Source: Snowella sp. (GTDB lineage: Bacteria; Cyanobacteriota; Cyanobacteriia; Cyanobacteriales; Microcystaceae). From it: DNA of 25,986 nt. The notes beneath the pieces are model-generated. The model was not told the DNA's origin. It worked only from the letters and a program-made list of their open reading frames with translations, and ran no database searches. Position numbers and translations under genes: made by a program. The stretch spans positions 1-25,986 of the forward strand of contig JAYKGY010000107.1 of assembly GCA_035285545.1 (NCBI GenBank), in the 5' to 3' direction. Below are positions 1 through 8,227 of this stretch, piece by piece; position 1 is the first letter of the stretch; each line of letters opens with the position of its first letter.

Positions 1-124
1 CTTGTATGATATTTTGTACACTAATTTGAGGCAATTTAAGAAGATTTTCGAGAAAGTACAACATAGTTCAGTCCTCATATAATGTATACCATTATACACT
101 TCTCACTGCTAACCGCGGAGAACC
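1..124 (-). mobile_element. Left end of an ISL3-family-like insertion sequence, truncated by the window edge
   Basis: The minus strand from 124 reads GGTTCTCCGCGGTTAGCAGTGAG (ISL3 ends typically begin GG(C/T)TCT). It is followed by TATAAT (96-91), RBS GAGGA (76-72) and an ATG at 64 opening an ORF that runs off the window. The AT-rich flank AAACTAAA (125-132) fits an ISL3-type target. Confidence 0.65.
2..64 (-). CDS. N-terminal fragment of a probable ISL3-family transposase (partial)
   Basis: Translates MLYFLENLLKLPQISVQNIIQ..., resembling the 'LLxLPxVxV' N-terminus of cyanobacterial ISL3 transposases (from memory). GAGGA lies 7 nt upstream and the frame is open to the window edge. Confidence 0.6.
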   Translation of the reverse strand, partial: MLYFLENLLKLPQISVQNIIQ

Positions 125-246
125 AAACTAAAGTGTCTTTTTTCTGAGTCATGGTGATTAAAAAGAGTTTAACTCTTATTGAAAATTTATCTTAATGAAA
201 ATATTGTTTGTCAAGGCATAAAGTTATTAAAAAATCGAGATTTTTT

Positions 247-672
247 TTAATCATGAGACCAATCTTCTGATTTTAAGTCTAAAATTTTTCCAAAATCTGA
301 CTGATTCCGAGTCAATAAAACTGCCTGATTCACTAAGGCAATGGCCGCAATTTTTAGATCCATACTACCTAAACGGGGATATTGTTGACGTAATTTCTGG
401 TATTCTAAGGTTGCTCTTTGATCAAAAGGAAGGAGCGGAATTGTCTGGTAGTTAATTGCTAATTGAAAAAGACCTTGATAGGCAAGAAGCTGCTCTTCCA
501 GAGTTCGTTTTTTAGCAAGAAAAGCCAATCTACCTCGAAGTTGCTCCTCATAAGTGATAATCGTTACAAAAAACTCTGTTGTTGCTACTTTTTTTGATTT
601 CGTTAAAATATTTTTTCCTTCCTTGCCATTTCGCTGAATAAAACTGATATGATCAGTATCAAAAATATACAT
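247..672 (-). CDS. vapC: VapC-family PIN-domain toxin
   Basis: 141 aa with PIN motifs: YIFDTD at the N-terminus, ITYEEQ, SMDLKIAAIA and LLTRNxxDF near the C-terminus. Confidence 0.9.
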   Translation of the reverse strand: MYIFDTDHISFIQRNGKEGKNILTKSKKVATTEFFVTIITYEEQLRGRLAFLAKKRTLEEQLLAYQGLFQLAINYQTIPLLPFDQRATLEYQKLRQQYPRLGSMDLKIAAIALVNQAVLLTRNQSDFGKILDLKSEDWSHD

Positions 673-698
673 TTTTAGATTTTAAAAGTTGAATAATT

Positions 699-917
699 TC
701 AAGATTCATGAGCAGTTTTACGCCACTCTTCCCCTAGAAGAACCACCTCATCAAAAGTGGGATCTTGTTCAAAACTTCCTGCAATGTTTAACCACCACGT
801 ACTAGCAGTCGTCGTTGATTGAGAAAGTTGTTTTTTGATTTGTTCCAGCTCATTCTCTAGAATCTTGACTCGTTGTTCTAAATCTTGAGTATTGGGTTTA
901 AGTTGTTGAGAAGTCAT
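699..917 (-). CDS. Probable cognate antitoxin (coiled-coil N-terminus, WW..IAGSF..DP.FDE motif)
   Basis: 72-aa ORF 26 bp upstream of vapC on the same strand, the typical type II TA layout. N-terminal heptad pattern LEQRVKILENELEQIKKQL. Confidence 0.75.
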   Translation of the reverse strand: MTSQQLKPNTQDLEQRVKILENELEQIKKQLSQSTTTASTWWLNIAGSFEQDPTFDEVVLLGEEWRKTAHES

Positions 918-965
918 AATTTTTAGTCATCAATAGACAATAATAAACAATCTTTAGAATTCGAT

Positions 966-1439
966 TCAACAGGCATTTTCTTCACAGGCTCCGATACTCA
1001 CCCAAGTACTAGAACCATCGGCCCAATGTTCTTTTTTCCAAATTGGGGCTTGATGCTTTAAGGTGTCAATGGCATAACGACAGGCGGCAAAGGCTTCACT
1101 GCGATGAGGGCAACCCACTGCAATCAAAACACTGATTTCTCCAATTTGTAAACTGCCGACTCGATGATGAATAACAATGCGATTGGTGTCGGGCCATTGT
1201 TGTCGAATTTGATCCGCAATTTGTTTAAAAATATTGACAGCCATCGGTTCATAGGCTTGATATTCTAAATATTTCACTGCTTTACCCTCAGTTTGTTTCC
1301 TCACGGTGCCACTCATTAACGCGATCGCGCCATTACGGGGATCATCGGCTAAGCGGTACACTTCATCCAAAGAAAGGGGAGCAAAACCAATGTGAAAACT
1401 ATCTTGAGCAATATCAGGACGGGAAAGAGAAGAAACCAT
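966..1439 (-). CDS. moaE: Molybdopterin synthase catalytic subunit MoaE
   Basis: Motifs GTVR, LEYQAYEPMA, HRVGSL.IGE.SV.IAV.CPHRSEAF.AC.YAIDTLK..APIWKKEH. Confidence 0.95.
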   Translation of the reverse strand: MVSSLSRPDIAQDSFHIGFAPLSLDEVYRLADDPRNGAIALMSGTVRKQTEGKAVKYLEYQAYEPMAVNIFKQIADQIRQQWPDTNRIVIHHRVGSLQIGEISVLIAVGCPHRSEAFAACRYAIDTLKHQAPIWKKEHWADGSSTWVSIGACEENAC

Positions 1440-1665
1440 GCAGAATGGGAGTAATTAATACGTTGCTTTCATTGTGTCGTATTTTCGATCAAGTCGTAAA
1501 TTGCCAAGGATTAACTTCGGATTATAGGATTTGTCCCTAACAAGTTTGAAGGTTTCCCCACATTGCGGAGTTTTGAGTGTTATTTTTAATACAGGGATTT
1601 TTGAAGCGATAGTTGCTTTAAATTCGCTTTTTTATTCTAGTTCTTTTTTTCTTTTAAGCTGCCTG

Positions 1666-2838
1666 ATGCCGTCAAAAACTGTTAAAAATTCGTCCAAAGT
1701 TCCAGCAATTTCTTCTGTACTGAGTATTGCGCCGAGTCAAGTACTCCGATCTTCAGTGGTTTCTGCGGGAGCCGCGATCGCTTCTTTGGGAAAACGTCCT
1801 TTGGTAATTGGGGGAAAACAAACCCTTAAGATTACGGAAGACTCCTTAAGCAAGGTTTTCCAAGCTCAACACTTGACGGCCGAGCAACAGCGTTATACCC
1901 CCGATTGTTCGGAAAAATCCCTGGCGAATTTACAAGCAGCAGTAGAAAGTCATCAGGCGGATTTGATTATCGGTGTCGGTGGGGGAAAAGCCTTAGATAC
2001 CGCCAAATTAGTGGCCTATCGTTGTCAATTACCCATCGTTACCATCCCGACTTCTGGGGCAACCTGTGCAGCTTGGACAGCTTTATCGAATGTTTATAGT
2101 GATGAAGGGGCTTTTCAATACGATGTTCCTTTAGCCCAATGTCCCGATCTGTTGATTCTGGACTACGATCTGATCCAACAAGCTCCCCAACGGACTTTAG
2201 TGGCAGGCATTGGAGACGCGATCGCGAAATGGTATGAAGCTTCCGTCAGCAGTGGACACGCTAGCGATACCTTAACAATTTCCGCCGTCCAACAGGCCAG
2301 GGTATTACGAGATTTACTGTTCCAAAAATCCGTTGCAGCCTTACAAGAACCTGGAGGACAAACCTGGCGAGAAGTCGTAGATGCCACCGTCTTATTAGCT
2401 GGCGTGATTGGGGGCTTAGGTGGCGCAAATTGTCGAACGGTTGCGGCCCATGCGGTTCACAATGGCTTAACCCATCTTTTGGCCGCCCATGATATTTTAC
2501 ACGGGGAGAAAGTCGCCTATGGTATTTTGGTGCAATTACGCTTAGAAGAAATGGTGGCGGGCAATCAATTAGCTCTCACGGCTCGGCAACAATTGCTGAA
2601 GTTTTATCTGGAAATTGGTTTACCCAAAACCTTAGGCGATCTCGGATTGAGTCAAATCACCCTAGCCGAATTACAAACGGTTGCGGAAATTACCTGTCAG
2701 CCCAATTCCGATATTCACCGTTTACCCTTTACCGTTTCCCCCGAACCCTTGATGGCGGCCATGGTTTCAACCATTCAGGATTTACAAGTTAACGCGATAG
2801 TTAACCCAGAACGGCAAAATCAGGGTTCTAAGGGATAA
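1666..2838 (+). CDS. Iron-containing alcohol dehydrogenase family, glycerol dehydrogenase-like
   Basis: IGVGGGKALDTAK, IPTSGATCAAWT, AGIGDAIAKWYE, AAHAVHNGLT and LHGEKVAYG motifs. Start moved from TTG 1531 to ATG 1666 because the upstream extension is AT-rich and non-coding-like. Confidence 0.88.
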   Translation: MPSKTVKNSSKVPAISSVLSIAPSQVLRSSVVSAGAAIASLGKRPLVIGGKQTLKITEDSLSKVFQAQHLTAEQQRYTPDCSEKSLANLQAAVESHQADLIIGVGGGKALDTAKLVAYRCQLPIVTIPTSGATCAAWTALSNVYSDEGAFQYDVPLAQCPDLLILDYDLIQQAPQRTLVAGIGDAIAKWYEASVSSGHASDTLTISAVQQARVLRDLLFQKSVAALQEPGGQTWREVVDATVLLAGVIGGLGGANCRTVAAHAVHNGLTHLLAAHDILHGEKVAYGILVQLRLEEMVAGNQLALTARQQLLKFYLEIGLPKTLGDLGLSQITLAELQTVAEITCQPNSDIHRLPFTVSPEPLMAAMVSTIQDLQVNAIVNPERQNQGSKG

Positions 2839-2874
2839 TTGAATTCCCTTCCTCTAAATTTTGGAATACGATTT

Positions 2875-2918
2875 TCCCCTCTTTCAAAATTTTTACTATA
2901 AACCCTAAAAAGAGGGGA
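2875..2918. terminator. Inverted repeat between convergent genes (possible terminator or 3' stabiliser)
   Basis: TCCCCTCTTT (2875-2884) pairs with AAAGAGGGGA (2909-2918) around a 24-nt loop. There is no strong U-tract. Confidence 0.4.
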
Positions 2919-2936
2919 TTAACAAAGATGAACTCC

Positions 2937-4790
2937 CTAGAAGGTAAATTGAGTTCTTAAGTTACCCACATAAATCGGCCCGTTACCGCCAAAGTTATTG
3001 GGTTTCATGATCAGATAGAAAGAAGGCACGATCGCGATATTGTTATTAATCGGATAAAAGTAATTCACTTCAATTTCCGATTGAACGCTACCATCGCCCC
3101 CACCGGCCACGAGAAATTCACGCCCACTAGTCACCGACATCGGGATGAGATAGGAGACATTGGCCTGTGCCCCTTGTTTACCAAAGTCCAGTAAAGAAAA
3201 TCCGGCTTGGATCGATTGAGAGGCAATAATGCCCGATGGACGAGTGGAATCCGTCGGGGTGGTAAAGGTTTTACCGTAACTATAGCGACCAAAGATGCCA
3301 AAACCTTGGGTAACTAACCAATCCATATTGGCCAAATAGGTATCTGCAAAGGCATGACGGAGAGTTCCCCCAAACCCATCATCGGCATAACCGTAGGGAA
3401 GGGGTTCACCCGTTGCACCGCCCACATAGCCGGTAAAGGGATCGGGTTCCATGCGAGAACGGGCATAGAGGAGCCGTAGATTAACGTTATCGGTCGGGGC
3501 AATACTCAACTGCGCGATCGCCGTCCAGGTACCACCAAATAAACCAAATTTAGGATTAGATGCGGTATCACCGAGGATAGCCGGCAAAAACTCATCACTT
3601 AATCCCACATAGCCCGCAGTCAAGCGGAAAATATCATTAATTTTCCAATCAGCCACTGCCCCAGAGCCTCGGTCAACGGTCGCAAATTGGGTAGAACCGC
3701 TACTATTAAAACTTTCTGGCCCATTGATAAAGAACGTAAAACGATTACCGTCAAAATAACGATAGACGTTAATGCGGGGCCCCACGACTAACTGGAGATT
3801 GTCAGCCGCAGGGAAACTATAAAACAAATCTCGGATAACGACTTTATTAAAGGTTTCGGCTCCCGTTTGCAGGGTAAAAGGCGTTCCCGTTGAATTATAG
3901 AAACCGGCTGATAGGAATTGATTGGCAGGCGCGTCCCCATTCCCCACCGCTAATTGCACCGTTAAATTATCCTTACCCGTAAACGAGGTTTCAAAATTAA
4001 TCCAACTGAGATAACTGAGGGTTGCACTCGGTTGATCGGTAATCACACGAGAACGGGGGATATTATCATCGGGATTACGAGCCGGCTCAAAGGGGACAAA
4101 AACGTTAGCACCTTCCGCTCGGATGTTGGTTCCACTCCCAGCAGCACTAAAGTAAAACGAAGTAAAACCCGATAATTTTGTCGTGGTTGAGAATTGATGA
4201 TCTTCTAAATAGGCAATCCGAGATTCCAGATTGTCAACTCTGGTTCCTAAGGCGGCTAATTCCTGTTCAAATTGTTGGGCAAGCTGCCTTAATTTATCAA
4301 TATCTTCGCGCAAAACGGCGACATTTTCCTGAAGTAACCGCTCCATCACATTCATGCAGGCATTTAAACCGGCCGCAAATTCCCAGCGGCTGAGGGCGCG
4401 ATTGCCTCGGAAGGTACGGTCAGGATAGCCCACAATGCAACCATATCGCTCCACTAGGCTTTTGAGGGCTTCATAGGCCCACTCTGTCGGAGCCACATCC
4501 CGCAATTCCGAAACAGACGTTACTTGAGAAAGCGTATCGGATTTGCTTTTAGAGGGGAGTTGATAGCGTTGGATTTTGGCTTCTGGCTTAATCTCTAAGG
4601 GATTTGGGGCTGCCGTATTCGACATTTCGGAAACTTTGGGAATTTCTCCCACTAAGTTCTGAGCTTGCGCGATCGCGGGACGGATTCCATTCTCTAATCC
4701 CCAAAGCACGCCAGTCGAGGTCAGTATTAATCCCATCGAAAAATAATTGAATGCCAGGTTTTGTTTGGCAAAATTAGCAAGTTTTTTCAC
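2937..4790 (-). CDS. SLH-domain outer-membrane porin (cyanobacterial SomA/SomB, OprB-type, 'iron uptake porin' family)
   Basis: Signal peptide; SLH block LRDVAPTEWAYEALKSLVERYGCIVGYPDRTFRGNRALSRWEFAAGL; coiled coil; FSTTTKL barrel start; C-terminal LRTQFTF with terminal Phe. GTG start. Confidence 0.93.
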   Translation of the reverse strand: MKKLANFAKQNLAFNYFSMGLILTSTGVLWGLENGIRPAIAQAQNLVGEIPKVSEMSNTAAPNPLEIKPEAKIQRYQLPSKSKSDTLSQVTSVSELRDVAPTEWAYEALKSLVERYGCIVGYPDRTFRGNRALSRWEFAAGLNACMNVMERLLQENVAVLREDIDKLRQLAQQFEQELAALGTRVDNLESRIAYLEDHQFSTTTKLSGFTSFYFSAAGSGTNIRAEGANVFVPFEPARNPDDNIPRSRVITDQPSATLSYLSWINFETSFTGKDNLTVQLAVGNGDAPANQFLSAGFYNSTGTPFTLQTGAETFNKVVIRDLFYSFPAADNLQLVVGPRINVYRYFDGNRFTFFINGPESFNSSGSTQFATVDRGSGAVADWKINDIFRLTAGYVGLSDEFLPAILGDTASNPKFGLFGGTWTAIAQLSIAPTDNVNLRLLYARSRMEPDPFTGYVGGATGEPLPYGYADDGFGGTLRHAFADTYLANMDWLVTQGFGIFGRYSYGKTFTTPTDSTRPSGIIASQSIQAGFSLLDFGKQGAQANVSYLIPMSVTSGREFLVAGGGDGSVQSEIEVNYFYPINNNIAIVPSFYLIMKPNNFGGNGPIYVGNLRTQFTF

Positions 4791-4793
4791 TGT

Positions 4794-4802
4794 CTCACAC
4801 CA
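4794..4802 (-). promoter_or_regulatory. Putative Yfr1 sRNA target site in the porin 5' UTR
   Basis: The mRNA reads UGGUGUGAG 3 nt before the GUG start, complementary to the conserved Yfr1 loop (ACUCCUCACAC, extended by CA). Porins are established Yfr1 targets. Confidence 0.6.
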
Positions 4803-4829
4803 AATAAGCTAACAATTTAGTAATACGTC

Positions 4830-4873
4830 AAGTTATCATTCCTAACCTTAAGAATTTTGTTGTGTTCAATACA
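4830..4873 (-). promoter_or_regulatory. Putative NtcA-activated (class II) promoter of the porin
   Basis: Minus strand TGTA-TTGAACAC-AACA (4873-4858, GTA-N8-AAC variant), 23-nt spacer, then TAACTT (TAN3T, 4835-4830). Confidence 0.5.
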
Positions 4874-5031
4874 TAATTGAAGAGACGTTAAGACCCCCTA
4901 AAAAAAGAGTCCTCAATCAAAATGTTTAGCCTGACAACGACAGTTTAATCGCTAATAAAAATTCAGTATTTGATGACAAAATTTTAACCGTCCTGGGTGA
5001 TTCACTATCAGCAAGAACTCGACGACAATGA

Positions 5032-6354
5032 TCAAGTCGCTTGATAAGCTAACTCGCCCATAATATAAGTGGCCTTAACGGCCCGATCATCTCCCATCAT
5101 CATGACTGCAAAAGCACTGTCTGCAAAGGATTCTAGGGTTGAGGGTGGAAAATTTTCATTCCGTAAAGCCATTGTCGTTGTTGCCTTGGGATCAATAACA
5201 ATAAAGTCCGCTTCTTTGCCAATTTCAAAATTCCCTAATTTATCCTCTAGACAAAGGGCTTTTGCCCCTCCCAAGGTCGCTAAAAATAATGCTTTAAAAG
5301 CGGATAATTTTTCTCCTTGTAATTGAACGACTTTATAGGCTTCATTGGCAGTTTGTAATAAAGAAAAGCTTGTCCCAGCTCCAACATCGGTTCCTAAGCC
5401 AACTTTGACGGGGGTGTCGGTTGATTTGGCTTTGTGCAATTTAAACAGTCCACTTCCCAGAAATAAATTAGAGGTAGGACAGAAGGAAATGGCGGATTTG
5501 GCTTCGGATAACCGTTTAAATTCGGCATCGGTTAACTGAACTCCATGGGCAAACACCGATCTTTCTGTTACTAAACCGGCTTGATCGTAAGCATCTAAAT
5601 AGCCTTGACTCTGGGGAAAAAGTGCTGCAACAAAAGCCACTTCATCAACATTTTCTGACAAATGGGTATGCAGATAGACATCAGGATATTCGACTAATAA
5701 TTTTCCGGCTAACGCTAATTGTTCATCGGTAGAGGTAATGGCAAAACGTGGGGTAACAGCATAGAGCAATCGGTCTTTTTTATGCCATTTTTCAATTAAT
5801 GCCTTCGTTTCGGTATAGGAAGATTGGGCCGTATCGAGGAGAAAATCAGGTGCATTGCGATCCATCATGACTTTGCCTGCGATCATTCGCAAGTTCCGTT
5901 TCTGGGCTTCTTCAAAAAACGCCTCGACGGATTCGGGAAAGACTGCTGCAAAGACGAGGGCCGTGGTGGTGCCATTTTTTAAAAGTTCTTCGAGGAAGAT
6001 TTGGGCAATTTCTTGGGCGTAGCTTTTATCCTTAAATTTTGCTTCTGTGGGAAAAGTGTATTTACTTAACCATTCTAATAACTGCTCTCCGTAAGCCGCG
6101 ACCATTGCCGTTTGAGGATAGTGAATATGGGTATCAATAAACCCTGGCAAAATTAAGTGATTAGGATAGGCGATCGCGTCAATCCCTGCAAACTTATCTT
6201 TCAGTTCTTCGTAGGGGCCAAAGTCTTTAACTTTTCCATTTTCGATGACTAATAATCCGTCTGCTAAATAGCGAACACTATCGACTTCTGGAACATAGAA
6301 AGGATCGTCAATAAAATCTAGAAAAGCACCCCGAAAAGCTTTTAGCATTAGCAC
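5032..6354 (-). CDS. guaD: Guanine deaminase (amidohydrolase family)
   Basis: PGFIDTHIHYPQ, EQLLEWL..YTFPTE, YAVTPRFA, HTHLSEN..E, CPTSNLFLGSGLF, LGTDVGAGTS, GKEADF. Start is GTG 6354 or ATG 6348. Confidence 0.95.
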   Translation of the reverse strand: MLMLKAFRGAFLDFIDDPFYVPEVDSVRYLADGLLVIENGKVKDFGPYEELKDKFAGIDAIAYPNHLILPGFIDTHIHYPQTAMVAAYGEQLLEWLSKYTFPTEAKFKDKSYAQEIAQIFLEELLKNGTTTALVFAAVFPESVEAFFEEAQKRNLRMIAGKVMMDRNAPDFLLDTAQSSYTETKALIEKWHKKDRLLYAVTPRFAITSTDEQLALAGKLLVEYPDVYLHTHLSENVDEVAFVAALFPQSQGYLDAYDQAGLVTERSVFAHGVQLTDAEFKRLSEAKSAISFCPTSNLFLGSGLFKLHKAKSTDTPVKVGLGTDVGAGTSFSLLQTANEAYKVVQLQGEKLSAFKALFLATLGGAKALCLEDKLGNFEIGKEADFIVIDPKATTTMALRNENFPPSTLESFADSAFAVMMMGDDRAVKATYIMGELAYQAT

Positions 6355-6385
6355 CCCAAAAAGAAGAGTAACGGATCTTGATAAA

Positions 6386-6401
6386 TGTATTGAATTTTAC
6401 A
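6386..6401. promoter_or_regulatory. NtcA-type binding site upstream of guaD
   Basis: TGTA-TTGAATTT-TACA is a perfect TGTA-N8-TACA palindrome about 32 bp upstream of the guaD GTG. Confidence 0.6.
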
Positions 6402-6431
6402 AAAACACCCAATTTCGTTAAAAAAGTCTTT

Positions 6432-6459
6432 TCAGAAAAACACAATCAGAAAAACACAA
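6432..6459. repeat. 14-bp perfect tandem direct repeat (TCAGAAAAACACAA x2)
   Basis: Seen directly in the guaD-permease divergent intergenic region. Confidence 0.85.
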
Positions 6460-6612
6460 ATTTAAATTTGAGTTATTTTTTTTACACTCCGAACCTAAAG
6501 TAAAGATTAAGAATACTTGTCTGCTGATTGTTGAGTAATTTCTGAAACCTGATTAATAGGAAACTGATTAACGAGATTGTATGTGAAGTTATCAAATGAA
6601 GAGTCCTAAATT

Positions 6613-6656
6613 TGTACTTAAAAATACAAAAAAAAAACGCTTAAAAGCTCTAGTAT
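6613..6656 (+). promoter_or_regulatory. NtcA-activated (class II) promoter of the NCS2 permease
   Basis: TGTA-CTTAAAAA-TACA (6613-6628), A/T-rich flanks, 23 nt from TAC to TAGTAT (TAN3T, 6651-6656). This is close to the canonical GTA-N8-TAC-N~22-TAN3T geometry. Confidence 0.72.
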
Positions 6657-6712
6657 AGGTCGTCTTCTTTAGGCCATCTGTATTTAGAATAATTATCATG
6701 GAGCTATGATAA

Positions 6713-8149
6713 ATGAATAATGAAATTGAACCAGTAGGCGTACTCGACTCTGGCCAATCCCCCCCGCCTCAGTATTCGGGATGGCAAGCTAAGATTGCTG
6801 ACTACTTTAAATTTGATTTTTATCACACCAATTTTCGTACCGAAATTCTGGCGGGTCTGACTACTTTTATGACCATGGCCTATATTTTGGTCGTCAATCC
6901 CATCATTTTATCCGACGCAATTTTTTTAGAACAACCGAAAGACCTCTTTCCCGAACTGGTCATTGCCACGGGGATATCAGCTTCCATTGGAACCTTAGTA
7001 ATGGCATTGTATGCTAAATATCCCTTTGCCGTGATGCCAGGAATGGGGCTGAATGCCTATTTTGCTTACTCAGTAGTTATCGGATTGGGTTTTAGTTGGC
7101 GATTGGCTCTCGCGGCGGTGTTTGTCGAAGGGATGATCTTTATTGCCATGACGATTACGGATATTCGTCGTCATTTGATTGTCGCGATTCCTTCTTCCAT
7201 TAAAATTGCAACCACAGCCGGAATTGGTTTATTTATTGCCTATATCGGCCTAGCGGGTAATCCGAAAGTGGGCGGAGCCGGACTGATTGTGCCTAATGAA
7301 GCCACGAAAACTGCGTTTGGAAGTTTCCGTGAATGGCCGACAATCATGGCTTTTCTGGGAATTTTAATTGCGGCGGCCTTTGTTGTCAGACGGATTAAGG
7401 GAGCCTTACTCTGGGGGATCATGGCTACGGCTATATTGGGCTGGATTATCGGTGCAGCGGCCTGGCCAAAAGGTTTTATTCAAGTTCCTCCCCTGCCGGT
7501 TCATTTGTTTGGTGAGGCGATCAGGGGGCTTGCCAGTATTAATGGAAGTAACTGGGTTGATTTTGTATCTGTGTTATTGGTGTTTTTATTTGTGGATATT
7601 TTCGACACCATTGGAACCATTTCAGGGTTGGCTTCCCAAGCAGGTTATATCGATGAAAAAGGGGAACTGCCCCGTGCTAATGAAGTGTTAATGGCCGACG
7701 CGATCGCGACAACAGCAGGTTCTATCATGGGATCTTCTACGGTAACCACTTCAGTGGAATCCGCATCAGGGGTTGCAGAAGGAGGCAGAACCGGATTTAC
7801 CGCATTAGTGGTCGCCGTCCTATTCCTCTTTGCCATGTTTTTTATCCCTATTTTTGAAGCCATTCCGGCCTTTGCCACCACCCCCGCATTGGTGATTACA
7901 GGGGTATTAATGCTATCGAGCGTAACGGGCATTCGTTGGGGGGATCTAGGAGAAGCCATTCCTGCTTTTTTAACAATCTTTCTCATTCCTTTGAGCTATT
8001 CGATCGCGGCAGGTTTATCCATTGGCATGATTACTTACCCCCTTATCAAATCAATGCAAGGGAAAGCCCATGAAGTTCCGATGGTCACTTGGATTTTAGC
8101 AGGTGTTTTTGTCGCTCGAATTATCTTTATGACAATTCGTTTTGGTTAA
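6713..8149 (+). CDS. NCS2-family (AzgA/PbuG-like) guanine/hypoxanthine/adenine permease
   Basis: EILAGLTTFMTMAYILVVNP, PGMGLNAYF, DIFDTIGT, VESASGVAEGGRTG, PLSYSIA motifs; many TM helices; divergent from guaD. Confidence 0.93.
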   Translation: MNNEIEPVGVLDSGQSPPPQYSGWQAKIADYFKFDFYHTNFRTEILAGLTTFMTMAYILVVNPIILSDAIFLEQPKDLFPELVIATGISASIGTLVMALYAKYPFAVMPGMGLNAYFAYSVVIGLGFSWRLALAAVFVEGMIFIAMTITDIRRHLIVAIPSSIKIATTAGIGLFIAYIGLAGNPKVGGAGLIVPNEATKTAFGSFREWPTIMAFLGILIAAAFVVRRIKGALLWGIMATAILGWIIGAAAWPKGFIQVPPLPVHLFGEAIRGLASINGSNWVDFVSVLLVFLFVDIFDTIGTISGLASQAGYIDEKGELPRANEVLMADAIATTAGSIMGSSTVTTSVESASGVAEGGRTGFTALVVAVLFLFAMFFIPIFEAIPAFATTPALVITGVLMLSSVTGIRWGDLGEAIPAFLTIFLIPLSYSIAAGLSIGMITYPLIKSMQGKAHEVPMVTWILAGVFVARIIFMTIRFG

Positions 8150-8191
8150 GGTTTAGCGAAAGATTGAGCTTTAAACCTAACGCATTAGGGA

Positions 8192-8227
8192 GCGTGGCCT
8201 TTTATTGTTACTAAGGCCGCGTTTCTT
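8192..8227 (+). terminator. Probable intrinsic terminator after the permease
   Basis: GCGTGGCCTT / AAGGCCGCGT 10-bp stem (two G-U pairs) followed by TTCTT. Confidence 0.55.

Noticed and set aside
966..1439. moaE as part of the purine module (Moco for xanthine dehydrogenase)
   Set aside because: No xanthine dehydrogenase in the window, moaE is separated by an unrelated gene, and Moco also serves other enzymes such as nitrate reductase.
1531..1665. TTG-initiated N-terminal extension of the alcohol dehydrogenase
   Set aside because: AT-rich, low-complexity sequence in the divergent promoter region with moaE; ATG 1666 gives a typical length.
6578..6594. Third NtcA-like site GTA-N8-TAT in the guaD-permease intergenic region
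   Set aside because: Mismatched second half-site in AT-rich DNA; likely by chance.
6355..6712. Purine riboswitch in front of guaD or the NCS2 permease
   Set aside because: No purine aptamer core or three-way junction is visible. The region is AT-rich and better explained by the NtcA sites.
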